Shown here: positions 52,791 to 60,955 of the stretch, piece after piece
Numbering within the stretch: the stretch's first letter is position 1
Layout: every line of letters starts with the position of its first letter
NCBI GenBank assembly: GCA_017399305.1
Contig: JAFQDK010000041.1
Coordinates: forward strand, 9,504-73,503
Source of the DNA: Clostridia bacterium
GTDB taxonomy: Bacteria > Bacillota > Clostridia > Oscillospirales > CAG-272
Reading direction: 5' to 3'
DNA: 64,000 nt
Program-made: the position numbers and the translations under genes
The notes under the pieces: generated by a model
Databases searched by the model: none
Seen by the model: only the letters and a program-made list of their open reading frames with translations
Told to the model about the DNA's origin: nothing

Positions 52791-53480
52791 ATGATAGGAA
52801 TTATTTGTGCAATGAAAATTGAGGCGGATGCAATTCGCGCATCCCTCTCCGATACGAAGATGGAAACAGTGAGCGGTGTGGAATTTACACAAGGCACGCT
52901 CCATGGCAAAGACATTGTTATCGCCGTATGCGGCATCGGCAAGGTATTTGCCGCTATCTGCACCGAGGCGATGATACTTCGCTATTCACCTGAGCTTATT
53001 ATCAACAGCGGCGTTGCGGGAACTCTTACCGAAGCGCTCTCTATCGGCGATATTGCTATTGCAAAGACTCTTGTTCAGCACGATATGGACACAAGTCCGC
53101 TCGGCGATCCTGTAGGTCTTATTTCCGGCATCAACAAGATACACTTTGAGGCTGATACAAAGGCTGTCAAGGCTTTTGAGGATGCAGTAAAAGAGGTCGG
53201 CGCAAACAGCGTAGTAGGCACTATCGCCTCGGGCGACCAGTTTATGTCCGACACCGAAAAGAAAAACATCATCCGTGACCGTTTTAACGCTATCGCGTGT
53301 GAAATGGAAGGCGCGGCTATAGCTCACGTTGCATATGTTAACGCTGTTCCCTTTGCGGTGCTCCGCGCTATCTCTGACAGTGCAAGTGGCGACGCGCAGA
53401 TGGAATATCCCAAGTTTGTTGCAATGGCATCCGAACGCTCACATAAAATTATTGATACTTTTGTAAAGCTATGGAAATGA
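52791..53480 (+). CDS. mtnN: 5'-methylthioadenosine/S-adenosylhomocysteine nucleosidase
   Basis: 'MIGIICAMKIEA', 'VCGIGKV', 'CEMEGAAIAHV'. Confidence 0.9.
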   Translation: MIGIICAMKIEADAIRASLSDTKMETVSGVEFTQGTLHGKDIVIAVCGIGKVFAAICTEAMILRYSPELIINSGVAGTLTEALSIGDIAIAKTLVQHDMDTSPLGDPVGLISGINKIHFEADTKAVKAFEDAVKEVGANSVVGTIASGDQFMSDTEKKNIIRDRFNAIACEMEGAAIAHVAYVNAVPFAVLRAISDSASGDAQMEYPKFVAMASERSHKIIDTFVKLWK

Positions 53481-54592
53481 AGAAATTAGGATTTGGGCTG
53501 ATGCGTCTGCCCCTGACCGACGCAAATGATGCAGGCAGTATAGATATATCAAAGCTCTGCGAAATGGTTGATGCGTTTCTTGACAACGGCTTCACATACT
53601 TTGATACTGCATGGATGTACTGCGGCGGCAAAAGTGAAGATGCCGTAAATGAGGCGCTGACAAAGCGTCATCCGCGAAACAGTTTTTCCGTTACATCAAA
53701 ACTTCCATCATACAAGATCAAGTCACATGAAGACAGAGATATCGTCTTCAATGAGCAACTGCGCAAAACCGGTCTCGAATATTTCGACTATTATTTTCTG
53801 CACAATGTAAACTCCGAGTCAATTGAGGTATTTGACGGCTTTGACTGCTTTAACTGGATAAAAGAAAAAAAGGCAAGCGGACTTGCCAAAAAAATCGGCT
53901 TTTCTTTTCATGATGGGCCGGAATTTCTTGACAAGGTGCTCACCTCGCACCCCGAATTTGATGTAGTTCAATTGCAGATAAACTACCTCGACTGGGAAAG
54001 TGCAGTACAGTCACGCGCATGCTATGAAGTAGCTCGAAAACACGACAAGGATATCATCGTTATGGAGCCTGTAAAGGGCGGCACCCTTGCAAACGTACCG
54101 GAAGAAGTTGAAAAACTATTCAAATCGCATGATGAAAAAATGTCCGTCCCCTCATGGGCTATCCGCTTTGCAGCAAGCCTTGACGGTGTTATAATGGTAC
54201 TCAGCGGTATGAGCAACATGGAACAGCTTTGTGACAACATGAATTACATGAAGGATTTTAAGCCGCTTACAGCTGAAGAAACTGCAATGGTACACAAAGC
54301 TACCGATATCATAAACAGCGCAAAGCTGATCCCTTGCACCGGTTGTGAATACTGTATTGTCAACTGTCCCCAAAATATTGCAATACCAAAGTATTTTTCA
54401 CTTTATAACAGAGATATCAGCGAAGCAAAGCTTAAGAAATGGACCGTTGAAGCTGCATACTATGAGCGACTTGCCACTACCTTCGGCAAAGCATCAGACT
54501 GCATCGAATGCGGTCAGTGCGAAAACATGTGCCCTCAGCACCTGCCGATAATAGAGCATCTAAAAGAAGTTGCCAAGAATTTCGAGAAATAA
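53471..54592 (+). CDS. Aldo/keto reductase fused to a 2x[4Fe-4S] ferredoxin-like C-terminus
   Basis: AKR N-terminus 'LGFGLMRLP...FDTAWMY'. C-terminal 'CTGCEYCIVNCP' and 'CIECGQCENMCP'. Confidence 0.85.
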   Translation: MEMKKLGFGLMRLPLTDANDAGSIDISKLCEMVDAFLDNGFTYFDTAWMYCGGKSEDAVNEALTKRHPRNSFSVTSKLPSYKIKSHEDRDIVFNEQLRKTGLEYFDYYFLHNVNSESIEVFDGFDCFNWIKEKKASGLAKKIGFSFHDGPEFLDKVLTSHPEFDVVQLQINYLDWESAVQSRACYEVARKHDKDIIVMEPVKGGTLANVPEEVEKLFKSHDEKMSVPSWAIRFAASLDGVIMVLSGMSNMEQLCDNMNYMKDFKPLTAEETAMVHKATDIINSAKLIPCTGCEYCIVNCPQNIAIPKYFSLYNRDISEAKLKKWTVEAAYYERLATTFGKASDCIECGQCENMCPQHLPIIEHLKEVAKNFEK

Positions 54593-54621
54593 AAAATTCC
54601 ACCCATAAGGGTGGAATTTTT
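54592..54621. terminator. Bidirectional terminator
   Basis: AAAAATTCCACCC-ataa-GGGTGGAATTTTT. Confidence 0.8.
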
Positions 54622-54624
54622 ATT

Positions 54625-56082
54625 TTACTTATCCATGCCGATAGCTTTGCGGTATGCCATTGAAATTACATTGAGTGATGCTTCTGCAGCAACCTCAAGT
54701 CTTGCATAGCGGCTTGACCAGTCAAAGTTACCCTCGTTAAGCATATAAATAAGATTCTTATTGAGGTTTGCAGGCTGATAACAATAGCCAAGATCATATG
54801 CACGTGTGTCGAAAATAATATCAAGCATTGCCGCACTATCTTCGTCACGGGTATACTGACCGGTAAGAGTCTTATCATAGTATGCAGGGATGATATACTG
54901 ATTTGAATAGTAACCGATTGCCTCGATAACGGCAGATGTACGTTCCTCATCCTCAACCATGAGCGGTACGCACATATAGTTCATATAGAAAGGTGCAACC
55001 GTGTTGTAATACTCGGTCTGATGTCTGTCATAGAGGAAGTATGGCAGAATACCATAGTCGGTCTCCATGTCACGGAACTCGCCAAGCTTACCGATAGTGG
55101 TAAGGAAGAAGAGCGCCTGATTGCCGCTAAATATAGGAATATACTCTTTACCAGTAGAATTGTGCTGATACATCTTGGAAATATCCATATCCATAACCAT
55201 GTTATAGAACTTCTCAAGCACATTATATGTTGTTTCGGTATTAATCGAAAGCTCATATGTAAGAGTATCGGGATTGAGAGTTACCATCTTCTGACCGGCA
55301 GCATTAACTGCGCCGTATACTGCATCTACCCAGTAAAGGTTGCCGTATACATCGGTGATACCGTCACCGTTAGTATCGTCGGAAACTTCCTTGGATATCT
55401 CATACATCTTGTCGATAGTCCACTCATATTCGGTAACGAGCTCATAAAGATCCTCTACACCGTACTGGTTTGCAAGGTCCTTATTAAACGCGATACAATA
55501 TGTCTGGTCCATCATGCTGATACCGAAATCACCTGTAGTAAAGAAGAGAGAGCCGCCGAACTCAAAGGTTTCGTTAGCCTTTTCATCATACCACTTGTTG
55601 TTCTTATCAAAATGAGGAAGCGCGTTGAGGTCACTGAGATATCCCTCATATGCAAGCTGGCTCACATCATAGCCGGGGATAACACACATATCGTAGTTAT
55701 AGTCTCCGGCGGTTGCTTCTCTTACAAGAACACGATATGCCTCAGGCGACTGCTGATTCGCAGTGGTATTCTTCTGCTCTGTTTCAATAGTGATGTTATA
55801 GAGGTCTTCAACCGCTTTATTGCGGCGCTCAATAGCAGCATCAAGAACAGTGGGAGAATTCTCCTCGTAGAGGAAGTCATTTTCATTTACAGAACCGCGT
55901 CCAACGGAGAGAATATAGAACTCGTGCTCCTCAAAATCATATTCGGGAAGCTTGTATTCTTCTTCATCAGGAGTGGTTGCAGTGGGATTTGCAGTAGTTG
56001 TGTCAGGCTTATCCTTACCGCAAGATGCAAGAGGAATAAGCATCATAAGTGCGAGTAAAAGTGCAAGTGTTCTCTTGAACAT
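54625..56082 (-). CDS. Extracellular solute-binding lipoprotein (large sugar-type SBP), paralog A
   Basis: Lipobox 'PLASCG' from the ATG at 56082 (GGAGG RBS). About 485 aa. Highly similar to 57684-59126. Confidence 0.65.
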   Translation of the reverse strand: MFKRTLALLLALMMLIPLASCGKDKPDTTTANPTATTPDEEEYKLPEYDFEEHEFYILSVGRGSVNENDFLYEENSPTVLDAAIERRNKAVEDLYNITIETEQKNTTANQQSPEAYRVLVREATAGDYNYDMCVIPGYDVSQLAYEGYLSDLNALPHFDKNNKWYDEKANETFEFGGSLFFTTGDFGISMMDQTYCIAFNKDLANQYGVEDLYELVTEYEWTIDKMYEISKEVSDDTNGDGITDVYGNLYWVDAVYGAVNAAGQKMVTLNPDTLTYELSINTETTYNVLEKFYNMVMDMDISKMYQHNSTGKEYIPIFSGNQALFFLTTIGKLGEFRDMETDYGILPYFLYDRHQTEYYNTVAPFYMNYMCVPLMVEDEERTSAVIEAIGYYSNQYIIPAYYDKTLTGQYTRDEDSAAMLDIIFDTRAYDLGYCYQPANLNKNLIYMLNEGNFDWSSRYARLEVAAEASLNVISMAYRKAIGMDK

Positions 56083-56099
56083 TACTTTCCCCTCCAAAA

Positions 56100-57566
56100 T
56101 TATTTAATAAGACCGTCCTGAGGTGTGGTGGTCGGTCCCTTAACAAGAAGAACATCGGGTTCACCATCTACCTCAACGAATTTCATTGCATCATAGCAGA
56201 TGTGACGGGGAGAAATCTCAACAGGGCTAAAGTGCTGATGATAGAACATGATATACTCGCCGTCCTTGGTTCTGGTATAAACAGAGTCGCCTGTACCACG
56301 TGAGAACTTAGTACCGCGGAGAATAGGATTGTACTTGTACTTTACATAAGGACCAAGAGGCTTTTCAGCGATAGCAAAGCCTTCGCCGTAGTCGCCCTTG
56401 TAGTGCGAGCCTGCATAAATCATATAGTAGAGACCCTTGTGCTTGAAGATAACACCGCCCTCGGTGATACGGGCATAGTCACACTCCCAAGGCTCGGTGG
56501 GAACCATGATCTTAACGAGAGTATCGTCAAGAGCAGTTACAATACCATCCTCCATCTTGATCTCATATGCCCAAATCTCATTGCCGTTATTGAAACGTAC
56601 ACAAGTGAGATAGCAACGACCGTCCTCGTCGATAAAGGGATGTCCGCCGATTTCAAGAACGTCCTCATGAATGGGCTTCATAGTCTTGGACTTGAAGGGG
56701 CCGAGAGGGCTTTCGGAAGTTGCAAATGCGATATGCGGCTCACGGCGACCCGTCTTGGGGTTAGGTGCGGTGTGAGAAGCATAGAACATATAGAAAAGAC
56801 CGTCTTTGTAGATTACATTGGGGCTCATGTACTCGTTGTTACCCCAACCGTCACAGCCGTTGAATACAACATGAGGCTCAGACCAGTGAATGAGGTCCTT
56901 GGATGTGTAGCACTGGAAGAGAGACATATCCTGTGTATCGGTGAAGTAAAGATAGTACATACCGTCATAGAACATGATATCAGGGTCAGCGCCGTATACA
57001 ACGGGATTGAGATACTGCTTATCGGGATCGAATGGCTTTGCAGGCTCAATCTCGGTAACAGAGATATTCTTGAACTCTGCAACACCGTCACCAAAGTTGA
57101 AACCGTAGCCGCCACGGGTGAAGTGCTTGAGTTCAAGGTCGATCTTGGGATATATGGGAGCAGTTTCTTTTTCAAAGTTATTGAAGTAGATCTTTGCATA
57201 TGTACCGCGAAGCTCGATGCGAATCTTATACCACTTGTCCTTGATAAAAGGATAGCACATATGGCTGAGAACAATGTGATCACTGTCGCCGCCATTTACC
57301 TTCTGAAGTTTGAGAGAACAGTCAGCAGCGTTGATGGTGAGGTAATAGCCAACAACCCATCTTGCGCCATTCTTACCCTGTGAACGGAAGTATACGCCTG
57401 CCTCGCCGTTCTTATTGAGCTTGATTTCGCACTCAAGTGCAAAATTGAGGGGCGCCTTGTCCACAGAAAACATTGTATTAGGCTCTTTTGTGGGGAAAAG
57501 GGTGTCCTTTACAGAATAAACACCGTTTGTTTCGGCGATCTCTGCGCCAAATTTCATCCATTCCAT
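56100..57566 (-). CDS. Intracellular GH43-like glycoside hydrolase with an N-terminal lectin/LamG-like beta-sandwich
   Basis: 'GADPDIMFYDGMYYLYFT', 'MSPNVIYKDGLFYMFYA', 'ITEGGVIFKHKGLYYMIYA'. No signal peptide. Confidence 0.7.
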   Translation of the reverse strand: MEWMKFGAEIAETNGVYSVKDTLFPTKEPNTMFSVDKAPLNFALECEIKLNKNGEAGVYFRSQGKNGARWVVGYYLTINAADCSLKLQKVNGGDSDHIVLSHMCYPFIKDKWYKIRIELRGTYAKIYFNNFEKETAPIYPKIDLELKHFTRGGYGFNFGDGVAEFKNISVTEIEPAKPFDPDKQYLNPVVYGADPDIMFYDGMYYLYFTDTQDMSLFQCYTSKDLIHWSEPHVVFNGCDGWGNNEYMSPNVIYKDGLFYMFYASHTAPNPKTGRREPHIAFATSESPLGPFKSKTMKPIHEDVLEIGGHPFIDEDGRCYLTCVRFNNGNEIWAYEIKMEDGIVTALDDTLVKIMVPTEPWECDYARITEGGVIFKHKGLYYMIYAGSHYKGDYGEGFAIAEKPLGPYVKYKYNPILRGTKFSRGTGDSVYTRTKDGEYIMFYHQHFSPVEISPRHICYDAMKFVEVDGEPDVLLVKGPTTTPQDGLIK

Positions 57567-57654
57567 AATATTACTCCTTTCAAAAAGCAGAAAAATATTT
57601 TGCTGATTCCATGATAATATATTTTTTGTACATAGTAAATATCAAAAAAACGAT

Positions 57655-57668
57655 TTTTTGTACAAAAA
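57655..57668. promoter_or_regulatory. Perfect 14-bp palindrome TTTTTGTACAAAAA upstream of the GH43 gene (candidate operator)
   Basis: Exact inverted symmetry. A half copy TTTTTTGTACA lies at 57622-57632, and the near copy TTTTTGTATAAAAA at 59203-59216. Confidence 0.4.
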
Positions 57669-57683
57669 TTAAGAGAAAAGCGA

Positions 57684-59126
57684 TTATTCCTCCATACCTA
57701 TCGTCTGTCGGTAGAATTTAGAATAATAATTAAGCAAGGTCTGTGCGGAGATCTCTAACCTTGCATATCTGCTTGACCAATCGAACACGCCGTCACGTAT
57801 CATGAACAGCATATTCTCTGGAAGCTGAGAGGGCTGAAACACATAACCAAGATCATATGCACGTGTATCAAATATGATATCGAGCATCTCACCGCTCTCT
57901 TCATCACGTGTATACTGGCCGTTGAGAGTTTTCTCATAATATGCAGGGATAATATAGTCATTTGAATAATAACCGATAGCCTCAATAACAGCAGAGGTAC
58001 GCTCCTCGTCCTCAACAAGCATCGGTACACACATACAAGTCATATAGAATGGTGCGACAGTATTGCTGTACTCGGTATTAGGTCCGCAAAGTGTATACGG
58101 CAGAATACCGTAGTCCGTCTCCATATCGCGAAACTCGCCAAGCTTGCCGATTGTTGTCATAAAGAACAGCGCTCTGTTGCCGCTGAAAACATCTATATAC
58201 TCCTTTGCCGCCGAATTGTGCTGATATTTTAAAGAAATTTCAGGATCAAGCACCATGTTGGCAAAGTACTCAAGTACATTGAATGTTGTCTCGGTGTTTA
58301 ATGTAAGCTGCATATTGAGAGTGTTGGGATCAAGCACAACAGATCGCTCACCAGCCGCATTTACAATGCCGTATGCAGCGTCAACCCAGTAATATATGCC
58401 ATACACATCGGTAACACCGTCACCGTCTGTATCGTCTGACACCTCTTTAGCTATCTGATGCATCTTTTCAAGCGTCCACTTACGCTCACGCACAAGCTCA
58501 TACGGATTTTCAATAGCATACTGCGCCGCAAGATCCTTGTTGAATGCAATGCAATATGTCTGATTCATAAGACATATACCGTAATCACCCGTGGTATAAT
58601 ACAGCGTATCACCAAATGTAAAGGTCTCGTTTGCTTTTTGATCGTACCACTCATTTTCAGCATTAAAATATGGCAAGGTGTTAAGATCGGTAAGATATCC
58701 CTGACACGCAAGCTGACACACATCATATCCGGGTATAACACACATATCATAGCTGTAATCACCCGCCGTTGCTTCACGCACAAGCTCCCTGTATGCCTCG
58801 GGGGATTGATAATTTGCGGTAGTGTCTATCTGTTCGGTTGCTATCCTGATGTTATACTGCTCCTCAACCGCCTTGTTGCGCCGCTCAACCGCAAGATCAA
58901 GCACAGACGGAGCTTCATCATTGTACAAAAAGTCATTTGTATTGGTTCTTCTGCCAACTGAAAGAATATAGAATTCATGTTCTTCGAAGTCAAACTCGGG
59001 CAGCTTATACTCAGCTTCACCGGTAGCTTCTGCCATGCCTTGCTCCGTAGTGACAGCGTCAGGCTTTTTTCCGCATGATGCGAGTACAAGCACAATAACA
59101 AACAATGCAGCAAATAATCTTTTCAT
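57684..59126 (-). CDS. Extracellular solute-binding lipoprotein (large sugar-type SBP), paralog B
   Basis: Lipobox 'VLASCG' from the ATG at 59126 (GGAGG RBS). Long identical runs with paralog A, for example 'EEHEFYILSVGR' and 'FRDMETDYGILPY'. Confidence 0.65.
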   Translation of the reverse strand: MKRLFAALFVIVLVLASCGKKPDAVTTEQGMAEATGEAEYKLPEFDFEEHEFYILSVGRRTNTNDFLYNDEAPSVLDLAVERRNKAVEEQYNIRIATEQIDTTANYQSPEAYRELVREATAGDYSYDMCVIPGYDVCQLACQGYLTDLNTLPYFNAENEWYDQKANETFTFGDTLYYTTGDYGICLMNQTYCIAFNKDLAAQYAIENPYELVRERKWTLEKMHQIAKEVSDDTDGDGVTDVYGIYYWVDAAYGIVNAAGERSVVLDPNTLNMQLTLNTETTFNVLEYFANMVLDPEISLKYQHNSAAKEYIDVFSGNRALFFMTTIGKLGEFRDMETDYGILPYTLCGPNTEYSNTVAPFYMTCMCVPMLVEDEERTSAVIEAIGYYSNDYIIPAYYEKTLNGQYTRDEESGEMLDIIFDTRAYDLGYVFQPSQLPENMLFMIRDGVFDWSSRYARLEISAQTLLNYYSKFYRQTIGMEE

Positions 59127-59216
59127 AACATTATCCTCCTGCAAAACCTTATACTATTATGATACATCAAAGCATGGTGGCGGTAAATACTAAAAGCATA
59201 TTTTTTTGTATAAAAA

Positions 59217-59244
59217 CTAAAAAAGACCTCCGAAGAGGTCTTTT
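59217..59244 (-). terminator. Intrinsic terminator
   Basis: AAAAGACCTC-ttcg-GAGGTCTTTT. Confidence 0.7.
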
Positions 59245-59249
59245 AAAAT

Positions 59250-59867
59250 TTACTTGACATATAGCTTTGCATACTCGGCAATTACCTTTGCGGTACCTTC
59301 TGCTCCTAGCTTGCCGGCGTCAATCGCGAGGTTATAATTCTCCATCTCGCCCCAGCGATTTCCTGTATAAAAATTATAGTAGTTTGCACGGCGACGGTCG
59401 GTCTTTGAAATGAGCGACGCTGCCTCATTTTTAGTAATTTTGTCATCCTTGCTCAAAACATTATTTACACGAACCTCGTTGTCAGCAAAGATGAACACGC
59501 TGAATGCTCTGGGATGGTCACGAAGAACATAGTCCGCACATCTGCCGACTATAACCGCGCCGCCCTTGCCGGCGATATCACGTATTACCTCGGACTGTGC
59601 CAAAAACAGCTTATCATTTATTGGCATGTTATAGTGCGAAGAATGAAGCATTGCACTTGACCCCATTGCAAGAGTATACAAAAGGCTGTTTGCATTGCGC
59701 TCATCTGCCTCTGCTGCCGCCTCATGGCAAAGATTACTCTTATCTGCCGCAAGTGTAATAAGCTCCTCATCATAAAAAGGGATACCAAGCTCTTTAGCAA
59801 CGAGCTCTCCTATATGTCTGCCGCCACTGCCAAACTGTCTGCCTATGGTGATAATAACATTTGTCAT
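59250..59867 (-). CDS. Cytidylate kinase-like family protein
   Basis: 'IITIGRQFGSGGRHIGELVAKELGIPFYD'. The ATG at 59867 has an AGGAGG RBS. Confidence 0.75.
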   Translation of the reverse strand: MTNVIITIGRQFGSGGRHIGELVAKELGIPFYDEELITLAADKSNLCHEAAAEADERNANSLLYTLAMGSSAMLHSSHYNMPINDKLFLAQSEVIRDIAGKGGAVIVGRCADYVLRDHPRAFSVFIFADNEVRVNNVLSKDDKITKNEAASLISKTDRRRANYYNFYTGNRWGEMENYNLAIDAGKLGAEGTAKVIAEYAKLYVK

Positions 59868-59924
59868 ATGTATCCCTCCTGTTCTTGGCTTCATTGTAAC
59901 ACAAAACGGATAATTTGTAAATAT

Positions 59925-60857
59925 CTAAAATACAGTTTCTACCACTTTACCGCAACAATCCGGCGAATAGCGCCATCTGTCAATGTGCTTTACCCTTTCT
60001 GTATCTATGAAATAACGTTTGCGCTTCATAAGTTCCCCGGCAGATGAATCTATTATAACGAGCTTTATTTTCATTCTTTCCGGTAATATACTCTTTATGT
60101 ATACGCTTGCAACGTCGCCAACCTTAACACCACTTTTACACTCGGCAAGACCTGCAAGATTCGGAGCAAGCTCGACAAACACACCATAGTCCTCAATGCT
60201 TCGCACTATTCCCGAAACTGCCTGTGCCGCCTCAAACTCTGCCGCATTCTCTTCCCATGTGCCAAGCAATTCGCGATGTGTAACAAAAACGCGGTCATTA
60301 TCCTCATCTATACTCTTTATAACAACCGGAATATACTCCCCCACCTCAAAGCGATCTGCTGGGTGCGATATACGTGACACCGATATACAATCAATGGTCA
60401 AAAGCGAAACTATGCCGCAACCGATATCAACAAATGCGCCAAAACTCTCCATGTGTGTTACTTTTGCGCGTACAATATCTCCGCAAATGAGTTCAGATAT
60501 ATACTCCCGTTTACATTCTGCTTGTGCGGCACGGCGTGAAAGATACGCAACAGTCATCCCTTTTTCCTCTGATATAGCCGTTACCTTGAAGCACACGGGC
60601 TTACCCACACGTGTAATTATCGCTATCGACTTTGTTTCTTCACCGTCGCGCGTCATCGCAACCTCTTCTCGCGGCATAATTCCGCGAACATTGCCAAGAT
60701 CCACATATAAATTCATGTCGCTATCGCACATCGCCGCCGATGCTTCCAGTATTCTGCCCTCACGCATGGCACGTTCAAGCCCTGCAACAGATGAAATGTA
60801 TTCTCTATTCTGCATGCTTCCGTACAGAAGACCTTCGGGCACATATTTTTCGTTCAT
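59925..60857 (-). CDS. S1 RNA-binding domain protein (multi-S1)
   Basis: Repeated S1 motifs: 'GDIVRAKVTHMESFGAFVDIG', 'VSGIVRSIEDYGVFVELA'. Confidence 0.8.
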   Translation of the reverse strand: MNEKYVPEGLLYGSMQNREYISSVAGLERAMREGRILEASAAMCDSDMNLYVDLGNVRGIMPREEVAMTRDGEETKSIAIITRVGKPVCFKVTAISEEKGMTVAYLSRRAAQAECKREYISELICGDIVRAKVTHMESFGAFVDIGCGIVSLLTIDCISVSRISHPADRFEVGEYIPVVIKSIDEDNDRVFVTHRELLGTWEENAAEFEAAQAVSGIVRSIEDYGVFVELAPNLAGLAECKSGVKVGDVASVYIKSILPERMKIKLVIIDSSAGELMKRKRYFIDTERVKHIDRWRYSPDCCGKVVETVF

Positions 60858-60921
60858 AATTCAGTTCCTTTCCTTTATCTTTATAGAAAATACTATGAAC
60901 AAAAAAGGAAAAGTATGCATA

Positions 60922-60949
60922 AAAAAAGTCCGCCGAAGCGGACTTTTTT
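60922..60949 (-). terminator. Intrinsic terminator
   Basis: AAAAAAGTCCGC-ttcg-GCGGACTTTTTT. Confidence 0.75.
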
Positions 60950-60955
60950 ATTTAA

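Noticed and set aside
55021-57383. Two long plus-strand ORFs (345 and 326 aa) antisense to SBP-A and the GH43 gene.
   Set aside because: The sense genes carry clear family motifs and RBSs. The antisense frames lack starts with RBSs and have implausible composition.
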